Below, one piece after another: positions 38,620 through 51,490 of a DNA stretch of 64,000 bases. Both the position numbers and the translations under genes were made by a program. The stretch comes from Lama guanicoe (Eukaryota): NCBI GenBank assembly GCA_013239625.1, contig MU057348.1:10083825-10147824 (forward strand), written 5' to 3'. The notes under the pieces are model-generated. The model was not told the DNA's origin. It did not search any database and worked only from the letters and a program-made list of their open reading frames with translations. Positions within the stretch are counted from its first letter, which is position 1, and each line of letters starts with the position of its first letter.

Positions 38620-38929
38620 TTTTTTACTGAAGCCTAGCCAGTTTATAATGCGGTGTCAACATCTGGTGTACAGCATAATGTTTCAGTCATACATATACAT
38701 ACACATATTCATTATATTCTTTTTCATTATAGGTTACTACAAGATATTGAATACAGTTCCCAGTGCTATACAGTAGAAACTTGTTTATCTATTTTATATA
38801 TAGTAGTTAGTATCTGCAAATCTGGAACTCCCAATTTATCCCTTCCCACCCGTCCCCCAACCCCCAGTAACCGTAAGTGTGAGTCTGTTTCTGTTTTGTA
38901 AATAAGTTCATTTGTGTCTTTTTTTTTTC
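38620..38929 (-). mobile_element. Camelid/cetartiodactyl L1 3'UTR (older subfamily)
   Basis: Same family as 14876-15140 in reverse: ctggtgtacagcataatg...caagatattgaatacagttccc...gttttgtaaataagttcatttgtgtc. Confidence 0.9.
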
Positions 38930-39770
38930 AAAATGAGATCTTACCTCACACCAGTCAGAATGGCCATCATTAACAAGTCCACAGACAATAAATGTTGGAG
39001 ACAGTATGGAGAAAAGAGAACACTCCCACACTGTTGGTGGGAATTGGTGGTGGGGTTTGTTGTAGCCCTTATGGAAAACAGTATGGAGATTCCTCAAAAA
39101 ACTAAAAATAGACTTACCATATGATCCAGCAATCCTGCTGCTGGGCATATATCTGGAGAAAATTATAATTTAAAAAGATACATGCAGGCCAATGTTCACG
39201 GCAGCACTATTTACAACAGCCAAGACATGGAAACAACCTAAATGTCCACTGACAGGTGANNNNNNNNNNNNNNNNNNNNNNNNNNNNNNNNNNNNNNNNN
39301 NNNNNNNNNNNNNNNNNNNNNNNNNNNNNNNNNNNNNNNNNNNNNNNNNNNNNNNNNNNNNNNNNNNNNNNNNNNNNNNNNNNNNNNNNNNNNNNNNNNN
39401 NNNNNNNNNNNNNNNCTCATATGTAGAATCTAAAAAACAAAAACAAACAAACAAACTAAAACAAAGCACAAATGCAGGACAGAAATAGACTCATGGACAG
39501 AGAAGACAGACTTGTGGTTACCAGGGGGGTGGAGGGCGGGAAGGGATAGACTGGGATTTCCAAATTGTAGAATAGATAAACAAGATTACACTGTATAGCA
39601 CAGGGAAATATACACAAAATGTTATGATACCTCACAGAGAAAAAAATGTGACAATGAGTGTGTATATGTCCATGAATGACTGAAAAATTGTGCTGAACAC
39701 TGGAATTTGACACAACACTGTAAAATGATTATGAATCAATAAAAAAAGTAAAAAAAAAAAAAAAAAAAGA
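38930..39770 (+). mobile_element. L1 ORF2 C-terminus, 3'UTR and poly(A) of a different, probably younger subfamily
   Basis: Translates [22 protein letters not shown] and MFTAALFTTAKTWKQPKCP (L1 ORF2 end); aataaa and a long A tail at 39738-39770. Confidence 0.95.
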
Positions 39771-40359
39771 AAAGCAAGTCTTCCAGGACGTCCTTCTCTC
39801 ACGTCATCACTGTTGTCAGACTTAGCTTGGAAATGGCCTTCCCTGGGCTGAATCCCACCCCTAAATTCAACTCACTTCACACTTTTCAGCTGTTATCCTA
39901 CTGCTGTTTTTATGTTCCTGTGTATGTCCTAGTGGCCTTTAATCACGATACTTCAGGCTTTCTGAGGGTAGGTGCTGGTCATTTACGCAGTTCTCCCGTA
40001 GACACTGGAAGTCCCAAACATACAGTGGGCTCCTGGTACGTGTTTATTGAATGCAGTAAACACGAGCATAATTTAATATCTGAGACGTAAAAGTTGCAAA
40101 TGTGATGACACAGCACCTGAGCTTGGGAACTTGGAGACCTTGGGGGGCATTTTCGGCAACTGCTAAGGCCGGGGGAATAGACCCTTTTTATACTGTTTTG
40201 CCTAGAAGAAAATGAATTCACTAGTTCCTATTTAACTCCCAGGCCCATGCAGGGGAGGAGGGGCAGAATAGCATCTCTGACTTGGATATCCAGCACAGTC
40301 TCCCAAAAAGAACAAGCATTTTAAAAGACATGGGCTGTATTTCCAGCTTTGCACAGAGG

Positions 40360-40610
40360 CAGCACCACATAGGGGTTTAGGACCAGGGCTGTGGTCAGTG
40401 CATGGACTGCCGTCCTGGCTTTGCCACTTGCTGTTCTATGACTCTGGGCAAATTACTTGACCTCTCTGGGTATTTTCTCATCTGTAATATGTGGATGACA
40501 ATTCTAGGACCTACCTTCTAGGATTTTTATGAGGACTGAATGAGTTACAATTTATGGTGAATTTAGAAGAGTGCCTAGCTTGTAACAAATGCAATTTAAG
40601 TGTTTGTAAG
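40360..40610 (+). mobile_element. MIR SINE
   Basis: tcctggctttgccacttgct...ctgggcaaattacttgacctctctg...ctcatctgtaa. Confidence 0.85.
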
Positions 40611-42438
40611 ATCAATCAATCAATATCAGTTTCCATGTTGAGGCAGATCCAGGATGAGACAGTGAAGTCTCATTTTGCCAGATAGTGCAAATTATCTGTA
40701 CTTCCAGCACCCACTGTTTTAAAATAGTAATAAAAACTAGTGCTTCTACTCTCTATTCTACAAACAACCTATGAAGTGGGTACTATTTTCATGTTTTAGA
40801 GAGAAAACAGGCTCAGAGGGTACGGTGCTGAATGCTGTAATGCTGAATGTCCGTGTTAGGTGATGGAGCCAGGCTTCACACTCCTGTCTGTCCCACTCCC
40901 AAGCTCAAACCTTTCTCATCAAGTGATAACTTTCTCTCATGGGGGATGTTTGGGTTAGAGGCAACCCATTACTTCCCATGACTTACTAGTCAGGAAGTAA
41001 TTTAGAAACTTCTTTAATTACACAACACAGGTCATATCCCATCTGGATGTTTCGAACTAATTAGTAGTTTTAATAGAAAAGTTCAACTTGCACATGACAC
41101 TTTTTTCCCACACACACTACAATGCAAGGCAAGCTTCTTTCCTCGTTCACCCTCAACATCCCCACCAGTTCCATTCTCCAAAGTCTTAAATATCACTTCA
41201 AAAAAAAGTATTCATTTGTAAGCATCTTCTTTATAATATAAAGAAATGAGACCATACTTCATAGACAGATGTCTTCCTATTTGTAGACCCTTATTCTAGA
41301 GTGAGTGAAACAGAGGATCAGTGAGCTACAGTCGACTCATAACTCATCTTGATCATTGAATGTGAGAACAGGGGCCCCCAGAGAGGAACCTACCTATCCC
41401 TCTCCATTTGATAGATCAGGAAAGCAATGCCTAGAGAGAGTAAGGAACTTTCTGTAGATCCCACAGCAAGCCAGTGGCAGAATCAGGAATGTCAGAAGAC
41501 AGGCAGAGTCAGGTGCATGGGGTTAGGGGCAGTAGTACAGATAACAAGTGTTGCCAACTTGAAACTGACTCGAAGGTGATCATGATGAAAGCAACAAAGT
41601 TTTTCAACCTGCCACTCAGGACATGGGATTGCACATCAGTTCTGCCTCTGTCTCTCAAGAGGATGCTGCTATCAGGAATAACCTATGCATGTATAAACAT
41701 TTTTTAAAAACATACACATGAGATCATACTTTCATGGTGATCCAGGCTTCATTGCTTACATCCCCAATGTACAGATGAGGAAAAGGAGGCACAGGGCATG
41801 ACTCAGCAGCTTACCACAAGAATCTCCTGGACACCTGCCTGGGCTTCTGTCAGATGCATTTGGGTGAATTTCTATTCGGCATTCTTACTGAGGTCTTATT
41901 GTTAAGAACACGTTCTTTGGGTTTCCTGCTTATCTCTAAGCTGGAGAAAATGTGCATGTTCTTTTTGTTCTTTTTTTCTGTTTGCTTTTTCAACCTTCAG
42001 CTTCCATGACGTTAAAAAAAAAAAAAAAGTAAGCTGAGCCAGTCTAGTCTAAAAGCAGCCTGTTTGCAATGTGATATGGGACCTGGACTGCAAACAGCTA
42101 AACCCCGGTGTAGGGTTCTCTAAACACATTTCAACAATTTTTTCCAAGTGCCAATTGGTTTATTTCCACTGAAATACTTCAAGATGATAAAATAACAGTA
42201 CATTTCCTACTCTACTGAATGAGTGATGGTAAAATGGTACTTACATATATCAGAAGGGAAAATAGAAAGCTAATGGATTTTTTTTTTTTACATTGAAGCG
42301 TAGGCATCCTTTAACATTCCTTGTATTTAGCCAAAGGCATTTTAAAGGTTAGAACTGGTTAAGGCAAAAGTCTTATAGTCCATAGTTTTTGTTAAGGTTG
42401 ATATTTGGTAGACCAGATAACTTCTAACCCTGTAACAT

Positions 42439-42721
42439 CACCTTCTGCTTTAAAATTATTGATTCTCCATAAAAATAAAGTCATCTGCTCCCTAAACCTG
42501 GAAAAGCTGGTGAATATGTGAACCAATTCTAGAAAGTGTCTCTGAGTTGTTTTTTGTTTGTTTCAGAGTTTACTGTGTATATGCAAAAAAATATATATAT
42601 TGTATGATCCATTGTTTTGCCAAAAGCCCTTAATTCCCTTTGTCAGTGTAGGCATAATGAGTGATCTTTCTATATGAGAATATCACAGAAAAGCACAGAT
42701 AAAATGATGGTCTCTTCCAAG
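42439..42721 (+). repeat. Unique-sequence donor of the duplicate at ~43513-43777
   Basis: Hand alignment gives about 25 substitutions and a few 1-2 bp indels over ~250 bp (~87-90%); offset ~1056 bp. Confidence 0.95.
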
Positions 42722-43489
42722 CCTAAATGCTAGAATTATGTGATTTAAATTGTGGCATCAGATCTAATCTCATCGGCTTTGGAAATTGCTCCCTCTCATC
42801 CTCTCTAACCTCCTTCTCCTCTTTCATCTGTGGAGGGAGAGTGAGGTAGGTAAATACGACTAATATTATGCGAGTGGAAGGAAATGCAGTATAACTTTTA
42901 AGGTCCTACTTTAATACCTATGACTAATGAAACATTAATTATAGTGCTACATAAATCTTGAGGAGATTTCAAAGCTAAGTCTGCTCTTCTTTTCATTCCA
43001 TTGACTTATCATCCAGGAGTCCCACCCTATCCAGGATAGCTCCTTCTTATTGGCTATCCTCAACAGTCCAATCCAAATATAACTCTTTAGTCCTTCAAAA
43101 GTGGCATTCACGTCCCCTCCCAGTCCTTCTCCATGCTCTCCATGTTTCATTCCATGAACCCCGAAGTTCAACCAACATCTTCCCTCTTCCTGAAGAATCT
43201 GCAAGTTTTCCCACCTCCTGGTTGCCTAACGTTCATTGCTCCCTTAATCCAGGGCCTTAGTATGACCAGCTGAAGTCTCTCCCACCACCCTCTTCTGACC
43301 CACAGTCACACCAGTATGACCACCTTTAAGGTTCTTCTTGCTGCATTGACCAAAATCCCCATCTCCGTCAATGTCTTCACTAACACAGCCATACTTGCCT
43401 TCCTTTGCCAACACTTAATTACAAAAGTCATGCCCTCCCAATCATCACCAAGTTCTTCACCAGAGCTTTCGGCTGCCTTATCTCTAAAA

Positions 43490-43953
43490 TATGTCAACCA
43501 GGGGTGATTTTGCACCCCCTTACTTTAAAAATAAATTCATTTCCTCCCTAAACCCGGAAAAGCTGGTGGATATGTGAACCAACTTTGGGAAGTGTTTCTG
43601 AGTTGTTTTTTGTTTGTTTCAAAGAGTTTACTGTACATATACAAAAATATATATATTATATGATCCATCGTTTTGCCAAAGGCCATAATTCCCTTTGTCA
43701 GGTAAACATAATGAGTGATCTTTCTTTATGAGGATATCATAAAAAAAGCACAGATAAAATGATGGTCTTTTCCCAAGACATTTGACAATGTGTGGAGCTA
43801 TTTTTCTGGTTGTCACAACTTGGGGATGGGAGTGCTATTGGCACTTAGTGGGTAAAGGGATGCTTCTAAACATCCCACAACGCCCAGGACAGCCCCTCAC
43901 AGCAAAGAAGTGTCTAGTCTCAGATGTCAATGAGCCGAGGTCGACAATCCCTG
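43490..43953 (+). mobile_element. MER20 interrupted by a ~260 bp locally templated insertion (~43520-43776)
   Basis: tcaaccaggggtgattttgcacccc [insert] gacatttgacaatgtgtggag...tggttgtcacaact...caggacagcccc...gccgaggtcgacaatccctg gives a complete MER20 once the insert is removed. Confidence 0.9.
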
Positions 43954-46029
43954 CTCTAGGAGAGAGTGGACGCCTTTATTCTCTTTTGGTGCCTTTGGCA
44001 AAAAACCAAAACAAAACAAAGTCTGTCCTCCAGGGACACACCTGGAGCTCGCTGTTCTCTTCCCCACTTCTCAGCTCAGGACTGGAGAGAACAAGTGGGA
44101 CCTTGGAGAACTAGCCTCTCCGCTCCCTACGTGGCCTCTTCTCCCTCCTGAGCAGGGGCTGGGACAGAGGGACTCCATCTGGGCAGAAGAACCCATTCAC
44201 ACCAACGGCTTTCAACCCAGGCTACATAACACATGCGTGTCATTTCAAATATTTTACATATTTAGAATACGGATACTCAGAATTCAAACTGAATTGGTCT
44301 GGGATGGGGTCTGAGTGATATTTTTTAAAACCCCCCAGACAATACCAATGTGCAGCCAGAGCTAATAACCCCCTGGGCTGGGAGCCTGGTCCTCGCGGGG
44401 AGAACAGACCTACCCAAAGAGCTGTGGGAAATGACTCTCCCCAGGCCCTTTAACACTATGGAACAGCAGGAGGGAAGTCTTTCAATTGTGTGGTCAGCCT
44501 TGGTCATCTGGGCAAATGTAGATTATCTGAGCGTCTTTGTTCAGAGTCTTTCTGTAACTCAAGCAGGGGCTTACTCTAATTTTTAACATTTATCAAAATC
44601 AGGAACAGAGGGTAAATCAAAGCTTAAAAGCTATCTTCATAATTAAGCACTATCTGCTAGCTATTTATTTGTCTTGGGGGAAAATACGCCTTTTCCCTCT
44701 TGCAGAAAAATAAAATAATCCTAAATTAAAGCTCTGAGATGGATTACAACTTGCGAAAAACAATGGGATAGTATCATAAATCACAAACCTTGCCTCTATG
44801 AAATATGACCAGTCTCATTCTGTACATTTCCTCCCCATTTCAAAACAATGGAGTCTTTACAAGGCAAATTAATCTGGCATTAACCTTGGGATCATTATTG
44901 TGCTCTCACTGATGAAACCGGTAACATAAAAATACTTCTCAATGCTCAAGAATCTCATTAAATAATCTGTAACTTAAGTCAATTCTATCTAATTTCAGTT
45001 TCTTTTCTTATTCTTCTGTAGCCACACAGTCAGCATTCTAGAGAAGAAGCAACATTGGACCCCAAGCTGAGAAGCCTGGAGTTCATGCTATGGTACCACT
45101 TTAGCAAGTCACTTTCTCTAGACTGTTCCCTCATCAGTAAAGTGATGGTGTCACCAGGTGATATGCCAATCCTTTCCAAGTTTAGGAATTAGGAGAAGGC
45201 ACATGACTAGTTTGGCAACTTTAAATAACCATGTGGTGCCTGGTTTTCTGCCTTGGCATATAGTGTGGGAATGTGTTATATATCAATCAGCAAGCATTTA
45301 CTGAGCACACTCAATACAAAAAATACAGGGCATTGTTATGGAAAAATCAAAGAAATAGATATTATTATACCTCTAAGGTTTTAATATCAATAAGGTTATA
45401 ATTTGGTTGGAGAGATACAGTTACATCAGATAAAAACATTTCAAAATGCCAATTGGTATTTCATTAAATCAGTGATCGTTGATTGGAAACCGATTGTAGA
45501 GTTAGATCCTAACCTAATGAATATCACAGATAACAGAGCTGATACGTTTAGGGAAAGATGCAAACTTTTCTTCCTTTGTTATAAACTGCAGTAACGCACT
45601 GCATTAACACGTCAGTTAGTGGCGTGGTGTTATCTTCGATCTCAAGTATCTTTCAAGTACCTAACTTACTACTGTGGAAATAACATCTGTTCCTCCTATT
45701 TCTGGGTAATTCTGAAAATTCTTTCCCTATCATCTGCTCCTACAGCTGAGATGATCACCTCTTCCGGGTTCCACTGAATGTTCCTAAGTTGAGAGCTGAT
45801 GGTCATCAATAATTTGGTAGCTAATTTAATTAAATATGCAGTAATTGAGTACTTAGTAGGCTATGTGCTTCTCAAGCATTGTGTTAAATGCTGGCAATAC
45901 AGAGAGAACCTATTATTTGTAACTTGCCTATGTAGTTCATAGTCAAGCAGGGAAAAGTACGTGGAATAATTAAACTTGGTACACTGTGATAAATGTACAA
46001 TAAGGTCTGTTCAGTGTTTGGAGGTAGCT

Positions 46030-46790
46030 CATTAATTCATTTATTTAACAAATATGTATTTAGTGTTTATTTCTTCTGGTTACTATCCAAGGGATGTAGC
46101 ATACGTTGGCAGAAAAAACAGACTCGGTCCCTAACCTTATGGAGCTTGAAGCTTAATGGAAGAATGGACAAGCAACAAGTGAATGAACAAAAAACAAAAT
46201 CAGCATGTAATTTCCAAAAATATTCATTTCTATAAAAGAAACAAAGAGTACAGTGATAATGAAAGGGGTGAACCTATACTCTTGAAGTGGTCCTTGAAAT
46301 GTTTTCTCAGACATCTCAGCTGAGACCCAAAGAACAGAAGGGCCTTCATGCGGAGAGCAGAGGTGAGATCCCCGGGGCCAGCAGGCACAGTATGGGCTAA
46401 GGCTCAGAGACAGAAATGCGAGTGGTGAGTCGGGGGAACTAAGTCAGCTGTGTGGTTAAAGAGGAGGGTGATGGGGATGAGGCTGGAGGCAGACCACACA
46501 GGGCTTTATGGCCCACCATATAGAATCTCATGTAAAGCTCAACGAGAAGCCATTGATGGTGCGAATCCATTCAGGTTTTTGCAAATAACTCTGGATGCTG
46601 AATGGACACTGGCCTGGAGTGGGACATTCGTGGGTCTGGGCAGACCACATAGGAAGTTGAGGTGACTGGGCTGGTGGCTGTGGGAATGCAAGAAAAGGAA
46701 AAGAAAAAAGAAGCCTGGATTTGAGGTTTCTTTTGGAGAAAGAAGCAATAGGACTGTGATGGATATGGAGAGAGCCAGGGGAAGAGAAAG
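46030..46790 (-). mobile_element. L2 LINE fragment
   Basis: ttcatttatttaacaaatatgtatttagtg...atggagctt...ctgagacccaaagaa...aagccattga...ataactctggatgc. Confidence 0.8.
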
Positions 46791-47134
46791 TCCATGTGAT
46801 GGTGTCAGGGAGGACACTTCACACACATGCCCGGAGCTTGGGAAGGGCTGGGGACTAAAGCCTCTGGCAATTGCATGGTGCCAAAGGATAGAACAGATTA
46901 AGTCAGTCAGAGAACTAAACAGAGAAGGAGCCCTGTGCTGAGTAATTCCAACTGTCACGGGAGCAGAACAGTGTGCTTGACTCAAGGTCCCTGAATCAGT
47001 TTTACATCCCCAGAGTGGAGAAAGGAACATGGTGGGAATGCATCAGTCAGGGCATGGCCCTGACCGTTTTCTGTTTCCAGAAGCAGAAGAATTAGAAAAT
47101 AAAAAGCTCCTTGATACATAGGACAGGAAGTGGG

Positions 47135-47293
47135 GGAGAGCCCCTGAAAGTCACTAAGGAAGTGCAAGCTTCTGCTCCCGCATGAGCACCCCTTACAAGC
47201 CCTGGATATAATTTTGTATTTGTAATTTGGTAGTTTTTTTCCTGATCGGGCCCCCAAAAAACATAAGCTCAGGCCTCACAAAATCTGCCCCTG
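47135..47293 (-). mobile_element. MER96-like hAT fossil
   Basis: aattttgtatttgtaattt...gggcccccaaaaaacataagctcaggcctcacaaaatctgcccctg, reverse of the terminus seen at 1961. Confidence 0.65.
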
Positions 47294-47370
47294 GTGGGGA
47301 CAATTAATGAACAGAACCTGAAATAAAAAACCCCAATGACTTGATAATTTGGTTCCTGATGGGGGCTTTT

Positions 47371-48175
47371 CTGTCGTTGTTGTTATTGAAGTATAGTTGG
47401 TTTATAAAGTTGTGTTAATTTCTGGTGTACAGCATAGTGATTCAGTTATACATATGTACACATATTCCTTTTCATATTCTTTTTCATTATAGGCTATTAC
47501 AAGATATTGAATATAGTTCCCTGTGCTATACATTAGGACCTTGTTGTTTATCTATTTTATATATAGTAGTGTGTATCTGCAAACCCTGAACTCCTAATTT
47601 ACCCCTCCATTCTCTCCTCTTTCGCTCCCGGGTAACCACAAGTTTGTTTTCTGTGTCTGTAAGTCTGTTTCTGTTTTGTAAATAAGTTCATTTGTGTCAT
47701 TTTTTAGATTCCGCATACAAGTGATAGCATATGGTATTTTTCTTTCTCTTTCTGGCTTACTTCACTTAGTATAGCAATCTCCANNNNNNNNNNNNNNNNN
47801 NNNNNNNNNNNNNNNNNNNNNNNNNNNNNNNNNNNNNNNNNNNNNNNNNNNNNNNNNNNNNNNNNNNNNNNNNNNNNNNNNNNNNNNNNNNNNNNNNNNN
47901 NNNNNNNNNNNNNNNNNNNNNNNNNNNNNNNNNNNNNNNNNNNNNNNNNNNNNNNNNNNNNNNNNNNCTTCTTTATCCAGTCACCTGTCAGTAGACATTT
48001 ATGTCTTGGCTATTGTAAATAGTGCTGCTATGAACATTAGGGTGCAGGTATCTTTTCACATTAGTTTCCTCCAGGTATATGCCTAGAGTGGGATTGCTGG
48101 ACCATATGATGTCTATTTTTAGATTTTTAAGGAATCTCCATACTGTTTTCCATAATAGCTGCACCAAATTACATT
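47371..48175 (-). mobile_element. 5'-truncated camelid/cetartiodactyl L1 with a 15 bp TSD
   Basis: ttattgaagtatagttggtttataaagttgtg... through ORF2-end sequence. TSD ctgatgggggctttt (47356-47370) and ctgatggggcctttt (48176-48190). Confidence 0.95.
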
Positions 48176-48498
48176 CTGATGGGGCCTTTTGATACTACTT
48201 CAGTGCTGAGTCAGCTAGAAGTTATGGGCAGATCCCTTAGGAAAAGCTTTCTTGTTCAGAGCTACTCCCTGACCTGTGTGCATGTGCCTCAACCAGAATC
48301 ATGGTGACAACGCTGTGCAGGAGAAAGGTGAGGCCGAGGTCAAGGTTGGGGAAACAGATTTCAGCCATGGGCAGCACCGTGACTGCCAGAACACCTTGCG
48401 GGCAACTGACGAACATACCAACCCTGCCAATCAAGGGAACATCTGGTTCTGCAAACCCAACAAGTTTGAAAAAGAGGAGGAAGAACAAAAAGGACAGG

Positions 48499-48678
48499 CA
48501 GACTGGATACATAATCTGTAGAACCCAGTGCAAAATGGAAATGTGGGTGGGCTTCCTGTCCAAAAGGTATTAAGAATTTCAAATGAATGGCAGCAGAGCA
48601 TAAAGCCAAGAGCAGGGGCTATTGTAAGCAGGGGCCCTATTTGGCTCCAGAGGTCGTGTGTCCATGAAGTCAGTCCTG
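48499..48678 (-). mobile_element. MER45A (hAT-Tip100), full length
   Basis: cagactggatacataatctgtagaacccagtgcaaaatggaaatgtgg...attaagaatttcaa...cagcagagcataaagccaag...ccatgaagtcagtcctg. Confidence 0.82.
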
Positions 48679-50679
48679 AGAATGGGGGAAAACTTAGAGA
48701 TTTGTACACATTTATTGGGCATGGATCGTATTCCAGACACAGGGCAGGACGTTCACAATTTGTTTTATTTTTGTAACAATGCTATGAGCGAAAGCCCACC
48801 AACATTCCACAGATGAAAAAGAGTCTCCAAAAGGTTACGTTATTTGCACAACCACACACAGGTAGCCTCTTTGTGCGTGCTGAAGGGGAGGGAGAAAAGA
48901 CACCAGAAGTCAATGCCCAAGTATTGGTCAGAACCAGGAACACATGGGCTTCTATTATTCCATTCACTTAACAAAGCCAAGATGTCAAAATGGCTTGATT
49001 ACCATTCTTGTGAAGGACAAGTGAGGCAGCGAACAGGGAACTGAAAACACAATTGTCCTTTACCATTTCCTTGACCTATTTAGCTTTGTACCACTGCAGG
49101 GAGGCTGTCATTCCAACAAAAGCAGACACCTTTGGAAGCTTCTGGACTTTTGGTTTTTGTATTTAGCTATTCTGGTTGGCAGAGGGTTAAATGACTACTG
49201 CTTTATTTGCAAATTATTTATATTAAAAGTGAAATGTCAAGTTCACACAGGGTGAAATAAAGGACTCTTTATAAACATGCAAACAAACGCAAGTGTCCAC
49301 TGCCAAAAATATCCAAACAAACCAAACCGGAGACAAGAAATAGCTCCTCAGCTCAAAGGGTACCGCCCTGCCACATGACCTCTTCAATAGATGAAAGGAA
49401 ATCCTCAAATTCAAGACCAAACTCAATCAAATATTAATTTAACGTTGTCTCTTGGTAGATACCAAGTTAAAGGAGATTTGCTACGTGTCCAGCTAACAGG
49501 AGCACTGTGGACACCTGCATTACAAAATGAGGCAAAAACAATCCAGTGAGGAACTGGGATTTCTAACATTTTGCCAGCAGTCTTCGGTAGCCTGTACACT
49601 CTCCTATCGTCACTCATGCTTGTCTATTTACACACGCTTATAAAGCATCATTAAGATTCCTTTTATAGAAAAGAGTGAAAACATACACTCACGTGGTTAT
49701 ACATGAACTTCAAACATAGGTGTTCTTAGCTTTTACAACATTTTAGCAAGGAGTAACTTTAAAACCTGTGCAGTCCTGAATCCCAGAGATGACACATGTG
49801 TGATTTGTAAAGTACATGTGGATCTGACATGACTATCACCAAGGAGACAGGGCCTCACACCAACACAAGGAGCTGGAGCCGAGCCTGGAATATGCCTGGG
49901 CCAACTCTGTGGCCCTTGAAACTGGTGAAACGGGTTTGGTATTTACTTTGATCTAAATTGTGAAACTCAGGGCTTCCACTGAGAGGAGAGTTTATAGGAT
50001 CGCAGTTCTGGTACCTCTTCTGAGAAGAGAGGAAATGGACATTAGCATCTTCCTAAAAGAAAGTAACAGGGAAGCCTACAAATTCGATCGTTCTACGTAA
50101 GGAAGCAGCCCCCCATCGGTAGATAAACGGCAGGCATAACATGTTTGGTGAACTCACAGGTCTGGTCTTCAACAAGGAGTTTAGGTTATTCTTACAGCCT
50201 GGTCAGTAACTGAGATATGTTTTGGCCTGCTTCGTGAATAAGACACAACTGAAATCTTGTTCCTAATTCCAGAGGTAGGGGAGACTCTGCATCTCTGAAG
50301 CAAATAGCACAACATGTAAACAAAGCCCAGTACTTATTCCAGCAAATCTGGGATCAATTTATTAGCATATTAGCATATACAGCCCCTACCGGAAGGAAAT
50401 CACTGGAAGAACAATATCTATTGATCTTGCAAAAAAGGAAGCTACAATATTCTTCTTGTATCTGTTTAGTAGCATGTCACTACTCATGTTATGCAGGGGC
50501 CCAGTGCTCAGAGCAGGTGGCTTCTGCTGTTGTGATAAAGTGCACAGAGGCCAGAGCCAGGCAGCTGGTTCAAATCTCATCTCCATTAGGCTCTGACTTT
50601 GCTAACCTCTCAGCATCAGTTTCCTCATCTGTAAAATGAGGATATTAATAGCATCCTCTGAAGGCACTGCTATTTCCTA

Positions 50680-51490
50680 CATAGTATCTCTGCTCCCTTT
50701 CTTCCTTAAAACAGAACCATGATTCTGTTCAGTTTTGTGGTATTTCCAATTAGAACACTCATTTTCCAGACCTTGATAAAGTGGGGGTGGCTGTTCTGAT
50801 ACATGAATGAAGGCAGATGTCATCGGGTGGTGCTGCCCTGATGGAGACAGATTCAACCAGTACAGGCTTTGGCTCTTCACATCCCCCTTCTTCCTGCCTG
50901 GAATGTGCACTGGTACCCAGAGATGGAGCCACCACTGAGAACTGAAGTCACATCTGAAAGGTGAATGAACAAGTAGGATTAAGAAGCCTTGCTCCTTGAC
51001 CAGCTGCACATATCCAGGATTGCCTGTCCCCGAGTNNNNNNNNNNNNNNNNNNNNNNNNNNNNNNNNNNNNNNNNNNNNNNNNNNNNNNNNNNNNNNNNN
51101 NNNNNNNNNNNNNNNNNNNNNNNNNNNNNNNNNNNNNNNNNNNNNNNNNNNNNNNNNNNNNNNNNNNNNNNNNNNNNNNNNNNNNNNNNNNNNNNNNNNN
51201 NNNNNNNNNNNNNNNNNNNNNNNNNNNNNNNNNNNNNNNNNNNNNNNNNNNNNNNNNNNNNNNNNNNNNNNNNNNNNNNNNNNNNNNNNNNNNNNNNNNN
51301 NNNNNNNNNNNNNNNNNNNNNNNGGAGTAAGAGGAGGGGAGGGGGNNNNNNNNNNNNNNNNAAGAGGAGGAGGAGGGGAGGAGGATGAAAAAGAGGAGGA
51401 GGAGGGGGGAGGGGAGGTGGATGGGAGAGAAGGAAGCCATCACCTGCTAAGTTAAGTCACATTAGCCAAATGCAACCCTAACTGATATAT
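50680..51490 (+). mobile_element. MLT1-type LTR interrupted by an N run and a GGA-rich tract; MIR at ~50530-50660 just upstream
   Basis: catttttccagaccttg...cttcttcctgcctggaatgtg...aagaagccttgctccttga...agccaaatgcaaccctaactgatat. Confidence 0.7.

Noticed and set aside
48237-48776. Cluster of overlapping ORFs suggesting a processed pseudogene
   Set aside because: Half of it is MER45A; no known protein, polyA tail or TSD.
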